Source: Escherichia coli (GTDB lineage: Bacteria > Pseudomonadota > Gammaproteobacteria > Enterobacterales > Enterobacteriaceae). Taken from it: a DNA stretch of 64,000 nt. The notes beneath the pieces are model-generated. The model worked only from the letters and a program-made list of their open reading frames with translations, made no database searches and was not told where the DNA came from. A program made the translations under genes and the position numbers. How positions within the stretch are numbered: the first letter of the stretch is position 1; each line of letters opens with the position of its first letter. Of the stretch, positions 8,964 through 18,831 are shown one piece after another. The stretch lies in assembly GCF_022846255.1 (NCBI RefSeq), contig NZ_AP025682.1; one strand, given 5' to 3'.

Positions 8964-10841
8964 TTACGGTTCAGGGATACAAGCCACATTGCCATATTGG
9001 GGATGCCGAATAATTGCCTGCGGATCAAGCGAGCGCGTCCTGTCCAGTTGGATTAACCCGTTCTTCGCCATAACAAATATCTTTCTACCATCCGCTGAAA
9101 AACGAAGGTGATTAACGTAGCTGGCAGGATAAACGCCAATAATCTGCCCGGCATTAATATTGAGCAGGATGACATAACCTTGCAGGCCATATGACACCAA
9201 CGCTAAATATTGACCGTCCGGGCTAATACCCTCAACGGAATAAACGCTCCTGCTACACCATTGCGTCATAATGCTGGCTTGTTGATCCCCTACGCTTATA
9301 CGTGAAATCCCCTGGCTATCGGCAAAAATAATCTCGCCATTTTTTGGTCGGAATCCCATCGCAGAAACGACACCACGCGCATCACCTGTGGGAAAGTCTT
9401 CTTTCTGATGCGTGATGGTATTGATGCGTACAATGTCGCCTCTGACCATACCGGGTATCAACAATGTTTTTTCATCCGGGGAAAGTGCCATAACCCAGGC
9501 GCCTGGTTTACCGCTCGTCCCCGTCCCGTCGTATTTCTCCAGCGGGATATCCGCCACATGCTGATAAGTCACCAGATCAATGGCTGACACACTATTACTG
9601 GTGCGATTCATCACCCAGGCTTTTGTGCCATCACGCGAGAGGATAAGACTGTCAGGATGTGCACCGGTGGTAATCGACTGAATAATCTCCCCCGTCGCCA
9701 CGTTAATGACCGATAACGCATTCGCTTCAAATGAAGTTGCATAAAGCAACGTTTCATCCGGGCTTAACGCCAGCGATCTGACGCCCTGATCTTTACAGCC
9801 ACCACAATGTTTGAGTGACTTTTCTTTCGCTATGGGCGCTGTAAAGGTATGCAGGATTTTCTTTTGTCCGAGGTCGAAAACAACAATACTGTTGGTGTTT
9901 TCAATTGCGGCATATAACGTATTACCATCCCGATTGATCGCCATATCATGGATATCGGCAATCTCAGCGAGTAAATCACCACTGGCCTGCTCACGACTTA
10001 CCGGAGCGGATAATGTTTCCGTGAGGGCGTTGCGCTCCTCCACTAACTGCTGCTTTTTTTGTCGTCGCTCTTGTTCAATCTCCTGCGGATAAAACTCTTC
10101 ACGCAGGCTTTGCCTGACCTGTAAAACTGATTCATCAATCTGCTGCTGCACAAGCCAGATAGCCCCGGTCAGAAGAAGAGTGACCGCAACAATAATTCCG
10201 CCTTCCGTAACGAATCGGTTTTGCCCAACTAAACGCGCGCTCAGCCAACCCAACGCACCACCCGCAATCAGGCCGCCAATGTGGCAAGCGTTATCTATTC
10301 CTGTTTGCCGGGCACCGTACAACAGTGTCAGCGCCACCATACCCAACAGAGGAAATACTCGCCGCTGGTTTTTATGGTGTGTGCCCGCACCTAAAGCAAG
10401 CTGTGTTGCTATCGCAGCGCCAGCTATTCCCATAATCGCCCCGGATGCCCCAACGCTGATGACTATCTGCTCACTTTCGCGTAACGCATAACAGGCACTG
10501 ATTAGCCCACCAAAGACGCCAGAGAATAGCCAGACAATCAGGAGTCGCCATTTCCCCAGTATCCGCTCCGCCACTGCCCCCACCACCAGAAGTGCAAACA
10601 TATTCATCAGCAAATGGGGAAAACTACTGTGCAGAAAGACACTGCTCAATAAGCGCCAGGATTCATCCGACAACGTGAGAGAAGCAACGTTAGCGCCGAG
10701 ATGGATGAGTGCGGATTGATCGACTTCTTCGTAACTCATCCATTGTGCGAGGTAACAAAATATCCCAACACAGAACGCAAAAAGGATCAGGGTTATTGCG
10801 GGTAATTGAACATTTAACGGCTTAACCGAAGATGCAGACAT
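8964..10841 (-). CDS. rhomboid-family intramembrane serine protease (6+1 TM) fused to a C-terminal seven-bladed YVTN-type beta-propeller
   Basis: 625-aa ORF. Rhomboid motifs read in the translation: L1 WR (WRLLSSVF), TM2 LHSSFPHLLMNMF, catalytic GASG (VGASGAIMG), catalytic His (ACHIGGLIAGG), extra 7th helix GGIIVAVTLLLTGAIWLV, charged linker EQERRQKKQQLVEERNAL, then seven SPDG/SRDG-like blade repeats. Confidence 0.8.
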   Translation of the reverse strand: MSASSVKPLNVQLPAITLILFAFCVGIFCYLAQWMSYEEVDQSALIHLGANVASLTLSDESWRLLSSVFLHSSFPHLLMNMFALLVVGAVAERILGKWRLLIVWLFSGVFGGLISACYALRESEQIVISVGASGAIMGIAGAAIATQLALGAGTHHKNQRRVFPLLGMVALTLLYGARQTGIDNACHIGGLIAGGALGWLSARLVGQNRFVTEGGIIVAVTLLLTGAIWLVQQQIDESVLQVRQSLREEFYPQEIEQERRQKKQQLVEERNALTETLSAPVSREQASGDLLAEIADIHDMAINRDGNTLYAAIENTNSIVVFDLGQKKILHTFTAPIAKEKSLKHCGGCKDQGVRSLALSPDETLLYATSFEANALSVINVATGEIIQSITTGAHPDSLILSRDGTKAWVMNRTSNSVSAIDLVTYQHVADIPLEKYDGTGTSGKPGAWVMALSPDEKTLLIPGMVRGDIVRINTITHQKEDFPTGDARGVVSAMGFRPKNGEIIFADSQGISRISVGDQQASIMTQWCSRSVYSVEGISPDGQYLALVSYGLQGYVILLNINAGQIIGVYPASYVNHLRFSADGRKIFVMAKNGLIQLDRTRSLDPQAIIRHPQYGNVACIPEP

Positions 10842-10998
10842 AAGGTGTTTCTTCCTTGAAAAGACAGGTAAAAAGCATTTTTCCCGTGTGCAGTTATCAT
10901 CCCGGCAAACGTCCCATGCCGAAAAGATAACTCTGTCCGAAATATGACTTTTTCAGCCTAAAATTACAATCGTAATTAATTCACCCCTAAGTATTTTT

Positions 10999-11014
10999 TG
11001 GCATGTAAGTTGCT
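10999..11014 (+). promoter_or_regulatory. candidate sigma54 (-24/-12) promoter upstream of gltI
   Basis: TGGCAT-gtaag-TTGCT; GG at 11000-11001 and GC at 11012-11013 with exact 10-nt spacing; about 280 nt upstream of the gltI start. Confidence 0.35.
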
Positions 11015-11295
11015 TTATTTACTGTGTAAGCAATGAAATCAGCCGCAACGCAACCGGGTTGCACCACCACAAATCAGCGGTAGCACCAAAAAGGTGCGGT
11101 TTAAGAATTTTGCTTCGGAATGGTGCGGCGCATCTCGCAAAAACAAACAATAAAACAGCAATATCTTTACATTTAGTCAAACTAAATGTTACCTAACAGG
11201 CACAACACTGCACAATAAAGTTGCAGACGATAACAACACAAACACTCACAACGGGTATCCATGCGTTCTTAACGCAGAAGATAAAGGAGTTGGAT

Positions 11296-12204
11296 ATGCA
11301 ATTACGTAAACCTGCCACAGCAATCCTGGCCCTGGCGCTTTCCGCAGGACTGGCACAGGCAGATGACGCCGCCCCGGCAGCAGGCAGCACGCTGGACAAA
11401 ATCGCCAAAAACGGCGTGATTGTCGTCGGTCACCGTGAATCTTCAGTACCTTTCTCTTATTACGACAATCAGCAAAAAGTGGTGGGCTACTCGCAGGATT
11501 ACTCCAACGCCATTGTTGAAGCAGTGAAAAAGAAACTCAACAAACCAGACTTACAGGTGAAATTGATTCCGATCACCTCACAAAACCGTATTCCACTGCT
11601 GCAAAACGGCACTTTCGATTTTGAATGCGGTTCTACCACCAACAATGCCGAACGCCAAAAACAGGCGGCTTTCTCTGACACTATTTTCGTGGTCGGTACG
11701 CGCCTGTTGACCAAAAAGGGTGGCGATATCAAAGATTTCGCCGATCTGAAAGGCAAAGCCGTAGTCGTCACTTCCGGCACTACCTCTGAAGTTTTGCTCA
11801 ACAAACTGAATGAAGAGCAAAAAATGAATATGCGAATTATCAGCGCCAAAGATCACGGTGACTCTTTCCGTACCCTGGAAAGCGGTCGTGCCGTTGCCTT
11901 TATGATGGATGATGCTCTGCTGGCTGGTGAACGTGCGAAAGCGAAGAAACCAGACAACTGGGAAATCGTCGGCAAGCCGCAGTCTCAGGAAGCCTACGGT
12001 TGCATGTTGCGTAAAGACGATCCGCAGTTCAAAAAGCTGATGGATGACACTATCGCTCAGGTGCAGACCTCCGGTGAAGCGGAAAAATGGTTTGATAAGT
12101 GGTTCAAAAATCCAATTCCGCCGAAAAACCTGAACATGAATTTCGAACTGTCGTACGAAATGAAAGCACTGTTCAAAGAACCGAATGACAAGGCACTGAA
12201 CTAA
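11296..12204 (+). CDS. gltI: glutamate/aspartate ABC transporter periplasmic binding protein
   Basis: ORF 11221..12204; start set at the Met of the signal peptide MQLRKPATAILALALSAGLAQA (ATG 11296, aaggag SD 7 nt upstream). Confidence 0.95.
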   Translation: MQLRKPATAILALALSAGLAQADDAAPAAGSTLDKIAKNGVIVVGHRESSVPFSYYDNQQKVVGYSQDYSNAIVEAVKKKLNKPDLQVKLIPITSQNRIPLLQNGTFDFECGSTTNNAERQKQAAFSDTIFVVGTRLLTKKGGDIKDFADLKGKAVVVTSGTTSEVLLNKLNEEQKMNMRIISAKDHGDSFRTLESGRAVAFMMDDALLAGERAKAKKPDNWEIVGKPQSQEAYGCMLRKDDPQFKKLMDDTIAQVQTSGEAEKWFDKWFKNPIPPKNLNMNFELSYEMKALFKEPNDKALN

Positions 12205-12205
12205 T

Positions 12206-12360
12206 TACAAGAACCAGGGGCGGAAATTCCAGCCCTCTCGATTGTTACGTAGCACGGACAGACTATACGCCTGGTGGTCGTTCCCCATCGGGCCTGAAAA
12301 CCGCAATACGCTGGGTAACAATCTTCGAGGGTAGCAGTTAACGCTGCTACCCTCTTTTTT
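12206..12360 (+). ncRNA. sroC: SroC sRNA (GcvB sponge) from the gltI-gltJ spacer
   Basis: Position between gltI stop and gltJ start; ends in hairpin gagggtagcag-ttaacg-ctgctaccctc plus tttttt (12327-12360); identity assigned from locus knowledge, not alignment. Confidence 0.5.
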
Positions 12361-12373
12361 CTGGAGTAGATTT

Positions 12374-13114
12374 ATGTCTATAGACTGGAACTGGGGTATT
12401 TTTTTACAACAAGCCCCGTTCGGCAACACCACCTATCTTGGTTGGATCTGGAGTGGTTTTCAGGTGACGATCGCTTTGTCGATCTGCGCCTGGATTATCG
12501 CTTTCCTCGTCGGTTCATTTTTCGGCATTTTACGTACCGTTCCAAACCGTTTTCTCTCCGGTCTGGGTACGTTGTATGTCGAACTGTTCCGCAACGTGCC
12601 GTTGATTGTGCAATTCTTTACCTGGTATCTGGTGATCCCGGAGTTGCTGCCAGAGAAAATCGGCATGTGGTTTAAGGCGGAACTGGACCCTAATATTCAA
12701 TTTTTCCTTTCATCCATGCTCTGCCTGGGGTTGTTTACCGCCGCCCGTGTTTGCGAACAGGTACGCGCCGCTATTCAGTCGCTGCCGCGTGGGCAAAAAA
12801 ATGCCGCGCTGGCGATGGGTCTGACGCTACCGCAGGCTTACCGCTACGTACTGTTGCCTAACGCTTATCGCGTTATCGTCCCGCCGATGACCTCCGAGAT
12901 GATGAACCTGGTGAAAAACTCCGCCATCGCCTCGACTATCGGTCTGGTAGATATGGCGGCGCAGGCGGGTAAATTACTCGATTACTCCGCTCACGCCTGG
13001 GAGTCGTTTACCGCCATTACGCTTGCGTATGTGTTGATTAACGCTTTTATCATGCTGGTGATGACGCTGGTTGAACGTAAAGTTCGCCTGCCCGGCAACA
13101 TGGGGGGCAAATAA
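12374..13114 (+). CDS. gltJ: glutamate/aspartate ABC transporter permease
   Basis: 246-aa multi-TM translation recognised as GltJ. Confidence 0.95.
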
Positions 13115-13788
13115 TGTACGAGTTTGACTGGAGTTCCATTGTCCCTTCCCTGCCATATCTGCTCGACGGGCTGGTGATCACGCTGAAAATCACCGTCACG
13201 GCAGTCGTGATTGGTATTTTGTGGGGCACCATGCTGGCGGTGATGCGCTTGTCCAGCTTTGCGCCCGTAGCGTGGTTTGCCAAAGCCTACGTTAACGTAT
13301 TCCGCTCGATTCCTTTAGTTATGGTTTTGCTGTGGTTTTACCTGATTGTGCCGGGATTTCTGCAAAACGTGCTGGGATTATCGCCAAAAAATGATATCCG
13401 TTTAATTTCGGCAATGGTGGCGTTTTCGATGTTTGAAGCGGCCTACTATTCAGAGATTATCCGTGCCGGTATTCAAAGTATTTCCCGTGGTCAGTCGAGC
13501 GCCGCGCTGGCGTTGGGGATGACTCACTGGCAGTCGATGAAACTGATTATTCTGCCGCAGGCGTTCCGCGCGATGGTGCCGCTGCTGCTCACTCAGGGCA
13601 TCGTACTGTTCCAGGATACCTCACTGGTGTATGTGTTATCTCTGGCCGATTTCTTCCGTACCGCCTCAACCATTGGTGAGCGTGATGGTACGCAGGTTGA
13701 GATGATCCTGTTTGCCGGATTTGTTTATTTCGTTATTAGCCTTAGCGCGTCGTTGTTGGTCAGCTACTTGAAAAGAAGGACAGCATAA
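13114..13788 (+). CDS. gltK: glutamate/aspartate ABC transporter permease
   Basis: 224-aa multi-TM translation; start overlaps gltJ stop. Confidence 0.95.
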
Positions 13789-14513
13789 TGATTACCCTGA
13801 AAAATGTTTCAAAATGGTATGGTCACTTTCAGGTGCTGACCGACTGCTCAACCGAAGTGAAAAAAGGCGAAGTGGTGGTGGTTTGCGGCCCGTCTGGTTC
13901 CGGCAAATCAACGCTGATTAAAACCGTCAACGGCCTCGAACCGGTGCAGCAAGGTGAAATCACCGTCGATGGCATCGTGGTTAACGACAAGAAAACCGAT
14001 CTGGCAAAGCTGCGTTCCCGCGTCGGGATGGTATTCCAGCATTTCGAGCTGTTCCCTCATCTGTCGATTATCGAAAACCTGACCCTGGCGCAGGTGAAAG
14101 TGCTTAAACGCGATAAAGCACCCGCTCGTGAAAAAGCATTGAAATTGCTGGAGCGCGTGGGACTTTCCGCACATGCCAATAAATTTCCGGCACAGCTTTC
14201 CGGCGGTCAGCAGCAGCGTGTGGCGATCGCTCGCGCATTGTGTATGGATCCTATTGCGATGCTGTTTGACGAACCGACATCGGCGCTGGATCCGGAGATG
14301 ATCAACGAAGTGCTGGACGTAATGGTCGAACTGGCGAATGAAGGAATGACCATGATGGTGGTGACCCACGAAATGGGCTTTGCCCGTAAAGTGGCGAATC
14401 GGGTGATCTTTATGGACGAGGGTAAAATTGTCGAAGACTCGCCGAAAGACGCTTTCTTCGATGATCCGAAATCGGACCGCGCAAAAGACTTCCTCGCGAA
14501 AATCCTGCATTAA
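13788..14513 (+). CDS. gltL: glutamate/aspartate ABC transporter ATPase
   Basis: 241 aa; Walker [13 protein letters not shown] signature [15 protein letters not shown]. Confidence 0.95.
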   Translation: MITLKNVSKWYGHFQVLTDCSTEVKKGEVVVVCGPSGSGKSTLIKTVNGLEPVQQGEITVDGIVVNDKKTDLAKLRSRVGMVFQHFELFPHLSIIENLTLAQVKVLKRDKAPAREKALKLLERVGLSAHANKFPAQLSGGQQQRVAIARALCMDPIAMLFDEPTSALDPEMINEVLDVMVELANEGMTMMVVTHEMGFARKVANRVIFMDEGKIVEDSPKDAFFDDPKSDRAKDFLAKILH

Positions 14514-14630
14514 TCACTCTGGCGCGCATACCCAAGTGCGCGCCATCTCACGCTTTATCGTTTCGCTCCTCGTATCTGTTACATCCTGGCGGTACCCTTG
14601 TCGCAAAGAAGCACACAACAAGGAGCAACA

Positions 14631-15566
14631 ATGGCACTGCCAATTCTGTTAGATTGCGACCCAGGTCATGATGACGCTATCGCAATAGTTCTCGCCCTCG
14701 CCTCACCAGAGCTTGATGTCAAAGCAATTACGTCTTCCGCCGGAAACCAGACTCCAGAAAAAACCTTACGCAATGTTCTGCGTATGCTGACCTTGCTTAA
14801 TCGCACCGATATTCCGGTAGCAGGCGGCGCGGTAAAACCATTAATGCGTGATTTGATTATCGCGGACAATGTGCACGGCGAAAGCGGTCTCGACGGCCCT
14901 GCATTACCGGAACCGACGTTCGCACCGCAAAACTGTACGGCGGTGGAGCTGATGGCGAAAACGCTGCGTGAAAGTGCGGAACCCGTCACCATTGTTTCTA
15001 CCGGACCGCAAACGAACGTTGCCTTGCTGCTCAATAGCCACCCGGAACTGCATAGCAAAATTGCCCGTATCGTTATTATGGGCGGCGCAATGGGGCTTGG
15101 TAACTGGACGCCTGCGGCTGAATTTAATATTTACGTTGACCCGGAAGCGGCAGAAATTGTCTTCCAGTCAGGAATTCCGGTGGTGATGGCCGGTCTGGAT
15201 GTTACTCACAAAGCACAAATCCACGTTGAAGACACTGAGCGTTTCCGCGCGATTGGCAACCCTGTTTCAACCATTGTTGCCGAACTGCTGGATTTCTTCC
15301 TCGAATATCATAAAGACGAAAAATGGGGCTTTGTCGGCGCACCGCTGCATGACCCATGCACCATCGCCTGGCTGTTAAAACCGGAGTTGTTTACCACTGT
15401 TGAGCGCTGGGTTGGCGTGGAAACACAAGGGAAATATACCCAGGGTATGACGGTTGTTGATTATTATTATCTGACCGGCAATAAACCGAATGCTACTGTA
15501 ATGGTCGATGTTGATCGTCAGGGCTTTGTTGATTTACTGGCTGATCGTCTGAAATTTTACGCTTAA
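14631..15566 (+). CDS. rihA: pyrimidine-specific ribonucleoside hydrolase
   Basis: ORF 14598..15566; start set at [23 protein letters not shown] (DxDxxxDD nucleoside hydrolase motif), aaggag SD upstream. Confidence 0.9.
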   Translation: MALPILLDCDPGHDDAIAIVLALASPELDVKAITSSAGNQTPEKTLRNVLRMLTLLNRTDIPVAGGAVKPLMRDLIIADNVHGESGLDGPALPEPTFAPQNCTAVELMAKTLRESAEPVTIVSTGPQTNVALLLNSHPELHSKIARIVIMGGAMGLGNWTPAAEFNIYVDPEAAEIVFQSGIPVVMAGLDVTHKAQIHVEDTERFRAIGNPVSTIVAELLDFFLEYHKDEKWGFVGAPLHDPCTIAWLLKPELFTTVERWVGVETQGKYTQGMTVVDYYYLTGNKPNATVMVDVDRQGFVDLLADRLKFYA

Positions 15567-15649
15567 CACACGTCATTGATTAAGATCACCACGCGTTACC
15601 TGGGTGGTCTTAATCTGTTTATCTCTTTTTCCTTTAAGATATAAATGCA

Positions 15650-17320
15650 ATGGATAATGCAGAACTCGCCATTGGTATCGATCTCGGTACTACCAATAGT
15701 TTAATTGCCGTCTGGAAAGACGGTGCCGCGCAATTAATTCCAAATAAGTTCGGTGAATATTTAACACCATCCATAATTAGCATGGATGAAAATAATCATA
15801 TTTTAGTCGGAAAACCCGCTGTATCACGGCGCACTTCGCATCCGGATAAAACGGCAGCGTTATTTAAACGTGCAATGGGCAGTAATACCAACTGGCGGTT
15901 AGGCAGCGACACATTTAACGCGCCAGAACTGTCCTCTTTGGTATTACGCTCATTAAAAGAAGATGCCGAAGAATTTCTGCAACGTCCGATTAAAGATGTG
16001 GTGATCTCCGTTCCGGCTTATTTCAGCGATGAACAACGCAAGCATACCCGTTTAGCAGCGGAGTTAGCCGGGTTAAATGCGGTACGCTTAATTAATGAAC
16101 CCACAGCAGCTGCGATGGCATATGGCCTGCATACGCAACAAAATACCCGCTCGCTGGTTTTTGATCTCGGTGGCGGCACGTTTGACGTCACGGTGCTCGA
16201 ATACGCCACGCCGGTGATTGAAGTTCACGCCTCCGCTGGCGACAACTTTCTTGGCGGCGAAGATTTTACTCATATGCTGGTGGATGAAGTTTTAAAACGC
16301 GCCGCAGTGGCTAAAAACATGCTCAACGAAAGTGAGCTGGCAGCCCTGTACACCAGCGTGGAAGCGGCAAAATGCAGCAATCAATTACCGCTGCAAATTA
16401 GCTGGCAGTATCAGGAAGAAACGCGTGAGTGCGAATTTTACGAGAACGAACTGGAAGATTTGTGGTTGCCGCTGCTCAATCGCTTGCGAGTGCCGATTGA
16501 ACAGGCGTTGCGCGATGCACGTCTGAAGCCAAGTCAAATCGACAGTCTGGTGCTGGTTGGCGGCGCATCACAAATGCCGCTGGTGCAGCGAATCGCCGTG
16601 CGTCTGTTTGGCAAATTACCGTATCAAAGTTACGACCCGAGTACTATTGTCGCGCTGGGCGCAGCGATCCAGGCCGCCTGCCGCTTACGCAGCGAAGACA
16701 TTGAAGAAGTGATCCTCACCGATATTTGCCCCTACTCCTTAGGTGTTGAAGTTAACCGCCAGGGCGTTTCCGGCATTTTCTCGCCGATTATTGAACGAAA
16801 CACCACTGTACCGGTGTCGCGTGTAGAAACTTACTCGACCATGCACCCGGAACAGGATTCAATTACGGTTAACGTCTATCAGGGAGAAAACCACAAAGTT
16901 AAAAATAACATTCTGGTGGAATCCTTCGATGTGCCGTTGAAGAAAACCGGGGCTTATCAGTCGATTGATATTCGCTTTAGTTATGATATCAACGGGTTGC
17001 TTGAAGTTGACGTGCTTCTGGAAGACGGCAGCGTTAAGTCCAGAGTCATTAATCACAGTCCTGTAACATTGAGCGCGCAGCAGATTGAAGAGAGTCGGAC
17101 GCGGTTATCCGCATTGAAAATTTATCCGCGCGATATGCTCATCAACCGCACCTTTAAGGCCAAACTGGAAGAGTTGTGGGCGCGGGCGCTGGGTGACGAG
17201 CGAGAAGAGATCGGCCGGGTGATCACCGATTTTGATGCGGCGTTGCAGTCAAACGATATGGCCCGCGTCGATGAAGTTCGGCGACGGGCGAGCGATTATT
17301 TGGCTATTGAGCTCCCTTAA
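15650..17320 (+). CDS. hscC: Hsp70-family chaperone HscC (Hsc62)
   Basis: 556 aa; N-terminal IGIDLGTTNSLIAVW actin-like ATPase motif. Confidence 0.95.
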   Translation: MDNAELAIGIDLGTTNSLIAVWKDGAAQLIPNKFGEYLTPSIISMDENNHILVGKPAVSRRTSHPDKTAALFKRAMGSNTNWRLGSDTFNAPELSSLVLRSLKEDAEEFLQRPIKDVVISVPAYFSDEQRKHTRLAAELAGLNAVRLINEPTAAAMAYGLHTQQNTRSLVFDLGGGTFDVTVLEYATPVIEVHASAGDNFLGGEDFTHMLVDEVLKRAAVAKNMLNESELAALYTSVEAAKCSNQLPLQISWQYQEETRECEFYENELEDLWLPLLNRLRVPIEQALRDARLKPSQIDSLVLVGGASQMPLVQRIAVRLFGKLPYQSYDPSTIVALGAAIQAACRLRSEDIEEVILTDICPYSLGVEVNRQGVSGIFSPIIERNTTVPVSRVETYSTMHPEQDSITVNVYQGENHKVKNNILVESFDVPLKKTGAYQSIDIRFSYDINGLLEVDVLLEDGSVKSRVINHSPVTLSAQQIEESRTRLSALKIYPRDMLINRTFKAKLEELWARALGDEREEIGRVITDFDAALQSNDMARVDEVRRRASDYLAIELP

Positions 17321-17326
17321 ACACGG

Positions 17327-17366
17327 CTGCCGGATGCGGCATAAACGCTGCATCCGGCATCGGCGC
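17327..17366. repeat. REP-like palindromic element between convergent hscC and djlC
   Basis: gctgccggatgcggcataaacgctgcatccggcatcggcgc contains the GCCGGATGCGGC REP core as an inverted pair. Confidence 0.5.
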
Positions 17367-17379
17367 AAAAAACACATCC

Positions 17380-18831
17380 TCAGCTAAACAACATCGCGAT
17401 TTTTCCGAGAGCATAACCTATCACCAGCACCGTTAAGCTGATTTTGATAATGCTGGTAATGCTCTGTGGTTTTTCATCCTCATCATTTTTTTCTTCGTGG
17501 TTTTCAGGTGTTGGCTCATCGACATCTTCATCCTCCGGCTCGAGTTTCACTTTCGTCAACAGCATCCGCGTGATAATGGCCTCTAATGGATGAGCATCTC
17601 CACCTTCCAGCCTTGTATTAAGACGGGCCAGCATCTCTTGTTTCGGGAACGCTTCCAGCACAACCTGTTCCGCTACCCGATACAAATCCAGTAACGGTGA
17701 ATCTTGTTCTGTCTCGCTACCGACTCTCGATTTCCACCATGCCCATGCTTTGCGCTTGAAGAATAACGACTCAATAAACGATTGACCTAACGGCGATAAT
17801 TTTCCGCTATGTAAAATTTCCGCCCATAACAGCCGCGTCCGGGCGCTCTCACCAGGAACATATTTCAACGGTTGACCTTGCGCATCTATCATGCTTCGCG
17901 CTTCGATAACCATCACTAATAACGCGAAATAATCCGGGCAATGACGCTTGCTCCACTGCAACAACAAATTATCAGCTTGTGTAGATGGGTAACTCTCCCG
18001 GTATGCGCAGAGATCGGCAAGCAGGCTTTCCCCCTCGCCACAGTACAACCGTTGCGCACACTGGTAATAACGGGCATCTTCGCTTTCTGGATTTTCTGCT
18101 TGCCACTGTTGGGCAACAGGAATAAGTTCCGCCATACCTGTTTTCACCGAGCTGTACCAGCGCAACAGTTTGCGATGTAACTTGACATCATCAGGAATGA
18201 ACCACGGACCTTCCATTGCCATAAACGCAGTGACATAGTCAGGATGGTAACGGCAGCAGCGTTCCAGCGCGAAGTAATACTCAACAGTCTGGTTCTGCAA
18301 CGCGACGGGATATTCCAGAAGGCTAAGGAAATCGAAACAATCACCAGCCTGAATGGCCTCAAGAAAAGCCTCCCTTTCTTCCTCATCCATTCCTTCGCTG
18401 TCATTAAACGAATGCCAGTTCAAACGCTCTGCTAGCAAAGAAGCACAATTTAATGAAAGATATCGCGCTTCTATAGCGACTGCACACAGCGGCCAGCGTA
18501 ATTGATCGACATCCTCCATGTTCCAGGTATTTAATTGCTGAATAAATTTCTGCCAGGCGGAGGGCTGAAAACGATCACTTTCAGAATCCAGTAATGCCCT
18601 GAATGCACGTAGTATTTCATGTTCAGCGGCGGCATCTTTTTCTTCATCATCTGCTTCCTCGACAGGATTTACCGCCAGTCGCAGCGCCTCTTCATAGGCC
18701 TGGCGTAATGCTTTAAACCCCTGCGGATCGGTTTCGGGATGACACAACGGTAAGCGAGCAAGATAAGCCTGGCGGATAATGTCTATTTGCGTCGTGCTTT
18801 CAATTTCGAGGATTTGCCAACATGTTTTCAT
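17380..18831 (-). CDS. djlC: J-domain co-chaperone of HscC, C-terminal membrane anchor
   Basis: 483 aa; N-terminal J-like region CWQILEIE...[20 protein letters not shown] (HPE rather than canonical HPD); C-terminal hydrophobic helix. Confidence 0.9.
   Translation of the reverse strand: MKTCWQILEIESTTQIDIIRQAYLARLPLCHPETDPQGFKALRQAYEEALRLAVNPVEEADDEEKDAAAEHEILRAFRALLDSESDRFQPSAWQKFIQQLNTWNMEDVDQLRWPLCAVAIEARYLSLNCASLLAERLNWHSFNDSEGMDEEEREAFLEAIQAGDCFDFLSLLEYPVALQNQTVEYYFALERCCRYHPDYVTAFMAMEGPWFIPDDVKLHRKLLRWYSSVKTGMAELIPVAQQWQAENPESEDARYYQCAQRLYCGEGESLLADLCAYRESYPSTQADNLLLQWSKRHCPDYFALLVMVIEARSMIDAQGQPLKYVPGESARTRLLWAEILHSGKLSPLGQSFIESLFFKRKAWAWWKSRVGSETEQDSPLLDLYRVAEQVVLEAFPKQEMLARLNTRLEGGDAHPLEAIITRMLLTKVKLEPEDEDVDEPTPENHEEKNDEDEKPQSITSIIKISLTVLVIGYALGKIAMLFS

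Noticed and set aside
11205-11225. Second sigma54-like motif aGGCACaacacTGCAc upstream of gltI
   Set aside because: GG to GC spacing is 9 nt rather than the required 10, so it is unlikely to be functional
8832-11295. IS5 copy expected between lnt and gltI (as recalled for K-12)
   Set aside because: No transposase ORF or IS-type terminal inverted repeats are present; the interval is occupied by the rhomboid-propeller gene instead
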